Below the pieces are notes generated by a model. The model was not told the origin of the DNA. It saw only the letters and a list, made by a program, of their open reading frames with translations, and did not search any database. 64,000 bases of DNA from NCBI GenBank assembly GCA_041690175.1, contig JAWLHV010000004.1:130528-194527 (forward strand). Reading direction: 5' to 3'. The stretch comes from Dehalococcoidia bacterium (GTDB lineage: Bacteria; Chloroflexota; Dehalococcoidia; UBA2979). Below, one piece after another: positions 49,724-58,822 of this stretch (positions within the stretch are counted from its first letter, which is position 1; each line of letters starts with the position of its first letter). Both the position numbers and the translations under genes were made by a program.

Positions 49724-50917
49724 TCAGGGCAGGTACTGGAGCGGGTCCTGGAATACGCCCTCGCGGCGGACCTCGAAATGGAGGTGCGGCTCCGGCGTGC
49801 GGCCAGTCATCCCCACCCAGCCAATGGTGTCGCCCGCGTCCACGAAGGCTCCGAGGGCCACCGCGAAGTCGTTGAGGTGGGCGTACAGCGTCTCGTACCC
49901 GTCGCCGTGGTCGACGATGACGTGGTAGCCGTAGTCGCAGCAGGGGTTCCCGCTGGCATAGGTGACGGTCCCGGCACGAGAGGCCACTACGGTCGTGCCC
50001 CACTCCGTGGCCAGGTCGATCCCTTGCGGGTGGTTCGGCCCCCAGGCGTTGAGGATGCTGCCCTCGACGGGCCATATCCACCCACTCGCCACGATGCTCC
50101 CCGCTCCCGGCCGCGAGGGCGGCGCGGCCTGGAGCGGTACTTTTCGGCCGCCAGGGACGAGCACCAGCATGCCCGGCCGCAGGCGGTTCGGGTCACCGTC
50201 CAGCCCGTTCGCCTCGAACTCCAGGAGGGCGCGCCAGTCCGCGTCGAACCGTCCTGCGATGCTGGTCACGGTGTCACCCGGGCGCACGGAGGCGATGATC
50301 CCGGGGACCGGCGGGACCTGGAGGAGCAGTCCGGGCCGAAGGTCCGCATCGCTCCCGACCTCGATGTTGTTCCAGATGATGTGGTCCCGCTGGACGGCGA
50401 ACCGCGCCGCGATGCCGTCGAGGGTGTCTCCGGCCTGGACCTCGTACTCGTAGAACAGGGGGATCCGTTCCCCCGGTGTGGTCACGGCCGCTGTTGGGGT
50501 CACCTCCGGCTGGGGCGTCGCCTCCGGCACTTCGGTGACCACCGCGAGAGCCGTCGCCGTCGCCGTGGCGGTGGCAGTCGTCGGCGGTGTCTCCGCGCGT
50601 CCGCCACCGAGGGCGATGGCCACGGCGGCCACCGGCACGGCCAGTCCCAGCACCGCGCCGAGCGGCCAGCGCGCGCGCAGCCGTCCCCACCGCCGGCGCA
50701 CTACCGCGACGGGCCCCACGTTCTGGCGGTACCACGCCGCGACGTCCTCGCGCCGCTGCACGCCCAGCCGGCCGAGGAGTTCCGAGACGTGGTACTTGGC
50801 CCCGGCCAGCGAGATCCCCAGCGCTTCCGCGATCTCCGGGTTTGAGCGGCCCTCCGCGACCAGGCGGGCGACCTCACGCTGCCGATCCGTGATCTGCTCG
50901 ATGGCGTCCCGCTGCAT
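49724..50917 (-). CDS. membrane-anchored LuxR/GerE-type HTH protein fused to 2x LysM and an M23 (LytM-type) peptidase ectodomain
   Basis: 397 aa. N-terminal HTH nearly identical to the neighbouring paralog (TDRQREVARLVAEGRSNPEIAEALGISLAGAKYHVSELLGRLGVQRREDV). One TM. Thr/Ala/Pro linker. LysM repeats (YEVQAGDTLDGIAARF; VRPGDTVTSIAGRF). M23 catalytic motifs HQGID and HLHFE. Confidence 0.75.
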   Translation of the reverse strand: MQRDAIEQITDRQREVARLVAEGRSNPEIAEALGISLAGAKYHVSELLGRLGVQRREDVAAWYRQNVGPVAVVRRRWGRLRARWPLGAVLGLAVPVAAVAIALGGGRAETPPTTATATATATALAVVTEVPEATPQPEVTPTAAVTTPGERIPLFYEYEVQAGDTLDGIAARFAVQRDHIIWNNIEVGSDADLRPGLLLQVPPVPGIIASVRPGDTVTSIAGRFDADWRALLEFEANGLDGDPNRLRPGMLVLVPGGRKVPLQAAPPSRPGAGSIVASGWIWPVEGSILNAWGPNHPQGIDLATEWGTTVVASRAGTVTYASGNPCCDYGYHVIVDHGDGYETLYAHLNDFAVALGAFVDAGDTIGWVGMTGRTPEPHLHFEVRREGVFQDPLQYLP

Positions 50918-50976
50918 GCGCGGAGCATGCCCGACCGTGGGCGGGGATGCACTAGCCGATCAAATGTTCGTCAGAC

Positions 50977-52110
50977 TCACTCCGAAGGCGGTTCGTACCC
51001 CAGCAGCGCCAGGATCGGGTCGGCCTCCTCGGAGGTGGCGGGCCTCGGGCGGTTCTCGTCCACGTCGATGCGGGCGGGGCGGAGTTCCAGGGCGGGCGGC
51101 TTGCCGGTCTCGAAGGTCACGAGGGCGACCACGGACTGGAACGGGCCCTCGCCCAGGACCTCCAGGTCCTCCGCGTCCAGGTCGAAGACGAAGTTGCCCA
51201 GCGAGTGGAGGATGAGTCCGCCGCCGTACTCCTCCACCTCCTGCAGGACGTGCGGGTGCGTGCCCACCACCAGGTCCGCCCCGGCACCGATGGCGGCGTG
51301 GGCGAGTTCGCGCTGGCGTGCGGTGACCTGGTGGGTGTACTCCGTGCCGGCGTGCAGCGTGACCACCACGAAGTCCACGTCCGGCCGCTCCCGCATCCGC
51401 CGCACGTCCTCCTGGACCGCCTCCACGGACGCGCGCGCCACGCCGCCCTTCTCCCCCTCCGCCCAGATCACCTCGCCGATGTCGTCGTAGCCGAGGTAGG
51501 CGATGGTGGGGGTGCCGGGCGCCTTGCCCACGACGCCCGCGCGCGCCTCCGCCTCCGTGCGTCCCGCCCCGAACCAGCCGATGCGGTGCGCGTCCAGCGT
51601 CTCCAGCGTCCGCTCTAGGCCGGCCAGTCCGTAGTCCGTGGCGTGGTTGTTGCTCAGGCTCACCGCCCAGAACGGGGAGAGGCCGCCGGCCAGCGCCGGA
51701 TCGAGGGCAAACTGGTACTGCTTGTCCAGCGGCTCGCCCACGTCCGTGACCGCGCCCTCCAGGTTCGCCACCACCACGTCCGCCCCGGCGAACAACTCCG
51801 CCGTCCGCGCCAGGGGGTAGTCCACGCCGATCTCCGCCATGGCCGCCTCCACGTCGCGCTCGAGCATCACGTCACCCACGAACGCGACGGTGATGCGCTC
51901 GTCCTCCTCGTCCGGCTCGTGGGTGGGCGCGGGTGTAGCGGTGGCGGTGGTCGCCGGCGTGGGTGTGGGCGAGGGGAACGTGACGCCCTCGGTGCGCAGC
52001 GCGCCGTCCCCGCCGCACCCGGCCAGGAAGGAGGCGAGCGAGATGGCCAGGTAGACGAAAACTCCCCGCCGTCGCCGGCCCGGGGACCCGAGGCGGGCGT
52101 TGCTGCTCAC
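50977..52110 (-). CDS. CapA / PGA_cap-family metallophosphoesterase lipoprotein
   Basis: GTG at 52110, directly after the upstream thioesterase stop. Signal peptide with lipobox LAGCGG. Metallophosphatase His/Asp blocks (VAFVGDVM, NLEGA, NNHATD, GTHPHV). A start at ATG 52155 would overlap the upstream gene by 49 nt. Confidence 0.75.
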   Translation of the reverse strand: MSSNARLGSPGRRRRGVFVYLAISLASFLAGCGGDGALRTEGVTFPSPTPTPATTATATPAPTHEPDEEDERITVAFVGDVMLERDVEAAMAEIGVDYPLARTAELFAGADVVVANLEGAVTDVGEPLDKQYQFALDPALAGGLSPFWAVSLSNNHATDYGLAGLERTLETLDAHRIGWFGAGRTEAEARAGVVGKAPGTPTIAYLGYDDIGEVIWAEGEKGGVARASVEAVQEDVRRMRERPDVDFVVVTLHAGTEYTHQVTARQRELAHAAIGAGADLVVGTHPHVLQEVEEYGGGLILHSLGNFVFDLDAEDLEVLGEGPFQSVVALVTFETGKPPALELRPARIDVDENRPRPATSEEADPILALLGYEPPSE

Positions 52111-52583
52111 TCCGCTGGGGGCATCAGGATGAGCACGGCCTGGCCCCGCACGCACTCTTTGCCCTGCGCGCTCAGCGTGGTCGAGACGACCACCTTCCGC
52201 CCACTGATCTCGTCCACCCGGCCGCGCAGCGTCAGCGGGACCCCGACCGGCGTTGGCGCCGCAAAGTCCACCTTCAGCGACGCCGTCACGAACCGCGGCA
52301 AGTCACCCTGGCCCGGCTCCTGCCCGTCCTCGCGCGCGCGGGCGGCACTGGCGGTGGCGGTGCTGTGGCAGTCGATCAGGGAGGCGAGGATGCCGCCGTA
52401 GAGGTTTCCCGGGACGCCGCCGGTCAGGTGCTCCCCCGGGGTGAACACGGTCAGGCTGACCGCATCGTCCTCGGGATCCCAGGTGGTCCGGACCCGGAGG
52501 CCGCGCTCATTCAGGCGCCCGCACCCGTAGCAGTGTGAGTTCGCGTCCGAGTAGAGGTCCTGGAAGGCGGCTGGCTCTGTCAT
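52107..52583 (-). CDS. PaaI/YiiD-type hotdog-fold thioesterase
   Basis: 158 aa. Hotdog thioesterase core (GEHLTGGVPGNLYGGILASLIDCHS). Confidence 0.7.
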   Translation of the reverse strand: MTEPAAFQDLYSDANSHCYGCGRLNERGLRVRTTWDPEDDAVSLTVFTPGEHLTGGVPGNLYGGILASLIDCHSTATASAARAREDGQEPGQGDLPRFVTASLKVDFAAPTPVGVPLTLRGRVDEISGRKVVVSTTLSAQGKECVRGQAVLILMPPAE

Positions 52584-52648
52584 CCCTCTCCCACCAATTC
52601 CAGGCCCGTGGGGCCAACCCTGGGGGCGTACGGCGACCCCGGCCTCGC

Positions 52649-53638
52649 CTACCCCTTCATCCCCGCTGCTGCGTCAAAGGTAGCGCGGATGCTGGTCCGC
52701 ATCATGGCGTCCACCTGGTCCGAGGTGACGCCGTGGTCCAGGAGCCACGGGATCTCGTGGTTGGGGACCAGCGTCCAGAGGTCCGGGCGGCGCTCCGGGT
52801 TCCAGCGCGCCCAGAAGCCCGCCGGCTGCGCGTCGTGGCCCAGGCACGTCTGCTCCGCGTACCCCGCCTGTGCGAGGGCCAGCGCCACGCCGGCGCGGGG
52901 CTCCACGTACTCCGGTGTGGTCAGGAAGAAGCGGTCGAGGCCAATGGTGGCCCCGCGCTTCGCCAGGCCCGTGAGGTACTCCATGTCGTCCGTGTCGTTG
53001 GAGTGGCCGATGGTGACGGCGCGGAGGTCCAGCCCCTCGTCCTCGAAGATGTCGAGCAGGGGGATGCCGACCTTGTCGGCTGCCAGCGTGTGGCAGGAGA
53101 TGGGCACGCCGGTGGCCCTGGCCGCGCGGGCGGCGCCGCGCGCCACCTTCTCCAGCACCGAACGCGGCGACCAGCGGCCACCGTCCGAGAGCCGTGCTTC
53201 CAGGTCCCACGCGAGTTTGATGATGCCCGCGCGCGGGCCCGTTCCGTCGATGCCGTCCTCGATCTCGCGGACAAAGCGCTCCGCGATCTCGTCCTCCGTC
53301 CACCCGAAGTAGATCGGAGCCACCCAGCGGTAGACGCCCGTGGCGCAGACGATGTTGACGTTGTGCTCCTCGTGGCGGCCGGCCACTGCCTCGAAGAGCC
53401 ACGCCTGGCGGCCGAGGTCGAATGGCGTGAGGTCGATGATGCTCTGGATGCCGGCGGCGTGCGCGCGGGCCAGGCCCTCCACGCAGCGGTCCACCATCTC
53501 CTGACGGCGCTCCGGGGTGTCCATGAGGCCGGGGATGCGCTCCGCGCCCGCAGTGCTGGTGCTGAGGTGCTCGTGCGAGAGCGTCCAGCCCAGGTCCGCG
53601 CTGTCCAGGGGGCCTCGGATGGTGTTCACGGTAGCCAT
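52649..53638 (-). CDS. phosphotriesterase-family (PTE/PHP-like amidohydrolase) hydrolase
   Basis: ATG at 53638 after AGGAGG, 329 aa. Metal-binding HxH (TLSHEHL). Conserved downstream His/Asp positions (ISCHTL, GHSND, GLDRF). Confidence 0.8.
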   Translation of the reverse strand: MATVNTIRGPLDSADLGWTLSHEHLSTSTAGAERIPGLMDTPERRQEMVDRCVEGLARAHAAGIQSIIDLTPFDLGRQAWLFEAVAGRHEEHNVNIVCATGVYRWVAPIYFGWTEDEIAERFVREIEDGIDGTGPRAGIIKLAWDLEARLSDGGRWSPRSVLEKVARGAARAARATGVPISCHTLAADKVGIPLLDIFEDEGLDLRAVTIGHSNDTDDMEYLTGLAKRGATIGLDRFFLTTPEYVEPRAGVALALAQAGYAEQTCLGHDAQPAGFWARWNPERRPDLWTLVPNHEIPWLLDHGVTSDQVDAMMRTSIRATFDAAAGMKG

Positions 53639-53652
53639 GGGGATCCTCCTGC

Positions 53653-55017
53653 TCAGCGCTCGCGCTCGACGCGCACCGGCGCGTCCGCCTGGGATGGCTC
53701 GGGGAGGGCGATCATGCCGCGCAGGACGTGCAGCGCCGCCTGCGCCCAGCGCGCCACGTTCTCCGCGTCCACGGCCCGATCCACGGTGTCCTGCGGCGAG
53801 TGGAAGTATCGATGGCTGCCGAGGAATGTGACATAACGCGCTCCAGCGGCGTGAATGTTGCGCGCCTCGCCCGTGCCGGGTGTGCCTGTCTCGAGGTACT
53901 GGACCGGCGCGGCGTCCTGGCAGCGGAAGGCGTCGTGGGCCTCGTGCATGAGGGCCGCAAGCGTCTCGTCGCTGGCGCCCGAGCGCGGCTCCGGGTAGCG
54001 CGCGCCGATCGAGGCGCCCAAGTGGAGGAACGCCACCGCCTGGCGGGGCAGGGCGCGCCGGGCGTGCAGATACGCCTCCAGGCCCTGGTGGTTGATCTCG
54101 TGCCCGCCGGACGCGACGAAGTGCACCGTGCGAGCCGGGCGCTCCGCTGCCAACGTCTCCGCGAGCGCGAGCCACGTGGCGATGCCACCCCCGCGTTCCG
54201 CAGCGCACGTGAACCAGCCGGACTTGGGCGTCATTACCACCACCGGCGCGGCGTCCGGGTCCGTCCCCGGCACCGTGGCCACCACGTTGGTCGCCCGCGA
54301 CTTCAGACGCTCGCCGTCGATCTCCAGCGTGCCCTCCACGCCGCCAAGGACGAGCGAGGAGGCGAGGGCGCGGACGTCACGCGCGGCCACCTGGAGCACG
54401 GGCAGCGAGAACGGCGTGCGGATGTGCTCCGCGTTGCGGAGGATGACCTGGCCCTCCGGGTCGCCGGACGGCACCACCACGCCCACCACGCCCTGCTCCG
54501 CCAGCGCCTCGTAGTGCGCGCGGGCGTTGGGCGTCACCCAGCGGCGGTCGCCGCGGAGCGCGGACGTGGCCACCACGATCTTGCCGAAGGGGTCCTCGTC
54601 CGTGTCCTCGCACAGTTCGCCCTCGATGCCGCCGTAGGGCGTGAAGCCCCCGTCGTACATGGGGACGCCGTCGATGGCGCCGTCCGGCCACACCAGGCGG
54701 GCGGTGCGGAACTCCGTGCGAGGGAACTCGAAGGGCTCCAGCGCGGCCTCCACGCCGGCGGCGGTGAGTGTGTCGCGGAGCCAGGCGCTGGTGCGGTCGT
54801 CCCCCTCCCGGCCCGTGCGATGGATGCCGAACGACTCGAAGGCGCGGATGCGCGACTCGATGACCTCCGGCGTGAAGCCGGAGCCGGGATGAGAGGCTGG
54901 GTCAGCCAGGATGCCCTCCTTGGCATGCGTGTTGAGGAGCGTGCCGCGGGCCGGACGGCGGCACGGGAGAAGTAAGCCGGAGCGGTGTATCCCGTCAACT
55001 CTCCGCCCGGGCGGCAA
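53653..55017 (-). CDS. M28-fold peptidase-like protein with non-canonical metal-ligand positions
   Basis: 454 aa. The track start is a TTG with no SD, so the start is uncertain. The M28-like scaffold is recognisable around VVVMTPKSGWF...AAERGGGIA...HFVASGGHEINHQG, but the canonical H/D/EE/D/H zinc ligands are not all in place. Confidence 0.4.
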   Translation of the reverse strand: MPPGRRVDGIHRSGLLLPCRRPARGTLLNTHAKEGILADPASHPGSGFTPEVIESRIRAFESFGIHRTGREGDDRTSAWLRDTLTAAGVEAALEPFEFPRTEFRTARLVWPDGAIDGVPMYDGGFTPYGGIEGELCEDTDEDPFGKIVVATSALRGDRRWVTPNARAHYEALAEQGVVGVVVPSGDPEGQVILRNAEHIRTPFSLPVLQVAARDVRALASSLVLGGVEGTLEIDGERLKSRATNVVATVPGTDPDAAPVVVMTPKSGWFTCAAERGGGIATWLALAETLAAERPARTVHFVASGGHEINHQGLEAYLHARRALPRQAVAFLHLGASIGARYPEPRSGASDETLAALMHEAHDAFRCQDAAPVQYLETGTPGTGEARNIHAAGARYVTFLGSHRYFHSPQDTVDRAVDAENVARWAQAALHVLRGMIALPEPSQADAPVRVERER

Positions 55018-55157
55018 CGGTTGGGGAAGTCCCCGAACGGGCGGGCCCGCGCACCGTTAGAATGGCTGTCACACCAGCAGCGAGGGGGCCGGCTCTGACC
55101 GCTCATACCGCAGCGTCTCACGTGGGCCGGCGCCCACGTGGGCGCGGCCTGGGACTC

Positions 55158-56783
55158 ATGGCGTCGCTCGGGGCCTTGGCCCTGGGCTGGCTGCTCGTGG
55201 TCGCGCCCGCCGCTGCGGACGGCCCCGGCCCCGACCCGCATGACCCCGCCGGCCTGCCCCCCGGCTGGATGCTCTTCGATGGTGGCGCGCTGCTCGCCCC
55301 GGAGGACTACGCGGGCACAGGCTCCATGCCGGTGGAACTCGCGCTGGACTACTTCACCACCGGCTCGCCGGCGGTGCGCTGGGAGACCTCGATCGTCCCG
55401 ACCGTGGCGATCTGCACCCGCCAGGCGGGGCGTCCCGCCTGGGTCACGGCGGAGCAGTTCCAGGAGGCCGTCCACCACGGCGTGGGGGTCTGGAACCAGG
55501 CGGGTGCGAAGGTGGGGTTCGCCTACTCGGGCGACTGCGCCGGCACCGGCTCCTGGCGCTTCAGCAACAACATCAACGAGATCGGCTGGGACGACAGTCG
55601 CAACGCCGTTCGTTCACCGGCGGCGGCCGTCACGCAGGGCTCCTGGAAAATAGGCCTGGGCGCGCGCCCCTTCGCGGAGACGGACATCATCTTCGACCAT
55701 CTCCTGGACGTGCCGGAGGCGTGCTTCAGGAGCACCATGGCGCACGAACTGGGTCACGCCCTGGGCCTGGGCCACTCCACTACCTTCGGCGACCTGATGT
55801 ACCCCTCGTTCAACTCGTCGGACGTATCCACCTGCCCCTCGGGAGCGGCGACCGCGGAGATGGCGGTGGTGCAGGGCCTGTACGGGGTCAACAACCCGCC
55901 GAGGTTCGCTCCGCAGGACCAGCAGAGCGCTGCCGTGGGATCGCAGGTGACGCTGAGGGTGCCCGCGACGGATCCTGACGGGGACTCGCTGACCTACGGC
56001 TGGACCCAGACGGCAGGCCCCTCCGTCAGCCTGAACCCCTCCGGCTCCACGCTCTCCTTCACGGCCCCGAAGGCAGAGGGCCAGGTGCTGGCCTTCCAGG
56101 TGGAGGCGCTGGACCGCTACCTGCACCGCGCCACCACCAGCATCCAGGTGATGCTTACCGGCGTGAGCGCCCCGCCCGCCGGGACACCGTCGCTCGCGTC
56201 CATCCTCCCCGGCCCGTCCGGGCGGATGGCGCTGGAGTGGGACACGCTATCCGGCGCCGCGGAGTTCGAGTTCTGCACCACGCCGACAGGAGGCAGCCAG
56301 GCCTCCTGTGATCGCCTGGCGTCTCCCGTGGGCGAGGTCACCTGGGACACGGTGCTCACCGGCCCCGTGACGGACGCGCGGCGGCTGTTCACCACCGGGA
56401 CGCGGGAGACCGCCCTGCGCGCCTGCAACGTGGAGGGCTGCTCGCCGCTGGGCGTTGGCCCCCACGCCGGCGGGCTGCGCTGGACGGCCTACGACGTGGA
56501 CTACGACTACTTCGCGATGGCCTTCGACGTGCCGGGCACCAGCGTGCGCTTCACCATCATTGGCGTGGCGAACCTGGGTGGCCCCGCCCGCAAGTTCTCG
56601 CTCTACTCGGGGTCCGCTGCGGATCCCCAGGCCACGCGCGTGCAGAACTGCGGCAACGTGGCGGTGGGCCAGGTGTGCATCGGCATGCTCGCGCCCAGCG
56701 ACGGCGGGCACGCCTCGTTCGCCTCGGTAGTCTCCGAGCGCACCGGAACGCCCGTGCTGGAGCACCGCATCCGCATCCGCTGA
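55158..56783 (+). CDS. secreted matrixin-like (M10) zinc metalloprotease with C-terminal beta-rich domains
   Basis: ATG at 55158 (MASLGALALGWLLVVAPAAA signal peptide). Zincin motif HELGHALGLGHS with Met-turn (DLMYP). About 330-aa C-terminal region with Ig/cadherin-like repeats (TDPDGDSLTYGW). Confidence 0.75.
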   Translation: MASLGALALGWLLVVAPAAADGPGPDPHDPAGLPPGWMLFDGGALLAPEDYAGTGSMPVELALDYFTTGSPAVRWETSIVPTVAICTRQAGRPAWVTAEQFQEAVHHGVGVWNQAGAKVGFAYSGDCAGTGSWRFSNNINEIGWDDSRNAVRSPAAAVTQGSWKIGLGARPFAETDIIFDHLLDVPEACFRSTMAHELGHALGLGHSTTFGDLMYPSFNSSDVSTCPSGAATAEMAVVQGLYGVNNPPRFAPQDQQSAAVGSQVTLRVPATDPDGDSLTYGWTQTAGPSVSLNPSGSTLSFTAPKAEGQVLAFQVEALDRYLHRATTSIQVMLTGVSAPPAGTPSLASILPGPSGRMALEWDTLSGAAEFEFCTTPTGGSQASCDRLASPVGEVTWDTVLTGPVTDARRLFTTGTRETALRACNVEGCSPLGVGPHAGGLRWTAYDVDYDYFAMAFDVPGTSVRFTIIGVANLGGPARKFSLYSGSAADPQATRVQNCGNVAVGQVCIGMLAPSDGGHASFASVVSERTGTPVLEHRIRIR

Positions 56784-56838
56784 CATTGTGACACGGGGCG
56801 AGGCCCGTCGAGGGCCTCCGGAGCGCCGAGGACTCCCG

Positions 56839-57270
56839 CTAGGGCTCGCGGACCCGTCCTACCTCGTGGGAGGGGACGGGCGGAGGACCGGGCGGCGTGT
56901 CGCCAAAGGCCATGAAGTCATACAGGTAGAGCAGCGAGAACCAGAGCGCCTTGGCCCAGCGGTAGCCCAGCAGCGTGCCGAGCAACGCCGCCACCACGAC
57001 CGTCCACGCCGGGTCCAGCCCGGCGTCGCGCATGGGGCGGTAGGCGATCTCCACGAAGGCCAGCACCAGCGCGACCAGCGCGCCGATGCCATAGCCGATG
57101 GCGAGGGCGCCGATCCACGCGCCAGCGGAGGTCTCGTACCGCAGGTTGCAGTTCGCACAGCGGTCGTGCATGGCGATGAAGCCGGAGAACATGGAGGTCT
57201 GCCCGCACTCCGGGCAGAGTCCCCTGACTCCGGTCCGCCACAGCGTCCTGAGGTACGGGCGTCCAGCCAT
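56839..57270 (-). CDS. DUF983-family zinc-ribbon membrane protein
   Basis: ATG at 57270, 143 aa. Zinc ribbon CPECG...CANCNL followed by two TM helices. Confidence 0.6.
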   Translation of the reverse strand: MAGRPYLRTLWRTGVRGLCPECGQTSMFSGFIAMHDRCANCNLRYETSAGAWIGALAIGYGIGALVALVLAFVEIAYRPMRDAGLDPAWTVVVAALLGTLLGYRWAKALWFSLLYLYDFMAFGDTPPGPPPVPSHEVGRVREP

Positions 57271-57416
57271 GCATCGAGTGTAGGCCGGGTGGAACGGAGC
57301 AGGGAGGCTCCTCGTCCCTCCGCGACGGGACCCAAGGTCCCGCGTTTTCCATACAGGGGTCGTTCCTATACTGGGAGTATCCACCTGGCCCCAGGCGTGC
57401 AGCGGATGGCGGATCG

Positions 57417-58757
57417 GTGACCGAACAGAGCGCCCTGGAGATCGTCGCGCGCATCGCCTCGCTGCCGCGATCCCCGGCGTTCCAGTCCATGGCCCTCACG
57501 CCGGACTTCCAGCCGCTCCGTCTGCTGTCTGACCCCGCGTCCGCGGGTGTCTCCGCCTCGTACGAGCGCCCGGACCGCGGCCTCGCGCTCGTGGGCCTGG
57601 GGGTGGCTGCACGGGTGGAGGTGGCCCCCGGGCGCGGGCCGGCCTCGATCCATGACGACGCCCGCCGCCTGCTGGACCAGCCGCAGGCGGGCGACGCGCC
57701 CGGACTGCGCGCTCGCCTGCTGGGGGGGTTCCGCTTCAATCCGCACGTGGCCATGCAGGAGCCCTGGGAGGCCTTCGGCGCCGGCTGGCTCGCGTTGCCA
57801 CGCGTGCTGTTCGTCCTGGACGGCGAGGCCGCGGGCGTGGTGATCGCCCCCGGGGTGGACCCGGCGGAGGCTGCTCGTGCGGCGGAGGTCTGCCTGGGCC
57901 GCGTGGACGCGACCAACGGCACCACCCTGCAGGTGGAGCGGCCGATGAACCGCGGCCGCTGGCTCGAGTCCGTGGCGCAGATCGCGGCGCAGGTGCGCGA
58001 GGGCGTGTACGAGAAGGCCGTGCTGGCGTCCACCCAGCGGCTGGTGGCGGACCATGCCATCTCCGTGGGCGCCGCGCTTGGCCGGCTGCGCGAGAACTAC
58101 CCCAACTGCCACCTTTTCACCTTCAGCAGCGGTGAGGAGGGCTCGACCTCCACGTTCTTGGGGGCAAGCCCGGAGCTGCTGGTGAGCCTGGCGGACGGTC
58201 GAGTGCAGGCGTTGGGCCTGGCCGGGTCGCTGCGCCGCGGCGAGACGCCGGAGGAGGACGAGCGGCTGGGTGAGCAGTTGCTTGCCAGCGCGAAGGATCG
58301 CATCGAGCACGAGACGGTGGTGCGCGCCATCCGCGAGCGGCTGTCCCCCGCCACGGACGAACTGCACGCCCCCAACGCGCCGCGCCTGCGGAAACTCCGC
58401 AACATCCAGCACCTGTCCACGGAGATCACCGGGCGCGTGCGCCCCGGGGTGGACGTCCTGGACCTGGTGCAGCGCGTCCACCCCACGCCCGCCGTGTGCG
58501 GCTGGCCCATGGAGATCGCACGCGACGTCATCGACGCCCACGAGGACTTCGACCGCGGCTGGTACGCGGGGCCCGTGGGCTGGATGGACGCCACCGGGGA
58601 CGGGGAGTTCGCCGTGGCGCTGCGGTCCGCCGTCGTCCGCGGGGATCGCGCGTGGCTCTTCGCCGGCAACGGGATCATGGGCGACTCCGATCCCGAGTCC
58701 GAACTGGCGGAGGTCCAACTGAAGTTCCGCCCGCTGGGCGAGGCGCTCGGCGCCTGA
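57417..58757 (+). CDS. menF: isochorismate synthase (menaquinone-specific)
   Basis: GTG start, 446 aa. Chorismate-binding C-terminal domain (GWYAGPVGWMD, FAGNGIM). A TATACT -10-like hexamer lies about 45 nt upstream. Confidence 0.85.
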   Translation: MTEQSALEIVARIASLPRSPAFQSMALTPDFQPLRLLSDPASAGVSASYERPDRGLALVGLGVAARVEVAPGRGPASIHDDARRLLDQPQAGDAPGLRARLLGGFRFNPHVAMQEPWEAFGAGWLALPRVLFVLDGEAAGVVIAPGVDPAEAARAAEVCLGRVDATNGTTLQVERPMNRGRWLESVAQIAAQVREGVYEKAVLASTQRLVADHAISVGAALGRLRENYPNCHLFTFSSGEEGSTSTFLGASPELLVSLADGRVQALGLAGSLRRGETPEEDERLGEQLLASAKDRIEHETVVRAIRERLSPATDELHAPNAPRLRKLRNIQHLSTEITGRVRPGVDVLDLVQRVHPTPAVCGWPMEIARDVIDAHEDFDRGWYAGPVGWMDATGDGEFAVALRSAVVRGDRAWLFAGNGIMGDSDPESELAEVQLKFRPLGEALGA

Positions 58758-58822
58758 CCAGCTCCGGCCGAAACGCGCCCGTCCAGATCGCTCCTGTGCG
58801 GCCCTGAGCGTACGATTCGCTC

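Noticed and set aside
48812-50845. 677-aa plus-strand ORF
   Set aside because: It is antisense to both LuxR-HTH genes and has no domain signal.
52649-54208. 519-aa ORF
   Set aside because: Over-extension through the upstream M28-like gene. The PTE-like protein starts at ATG 53638 after AGGAGG.
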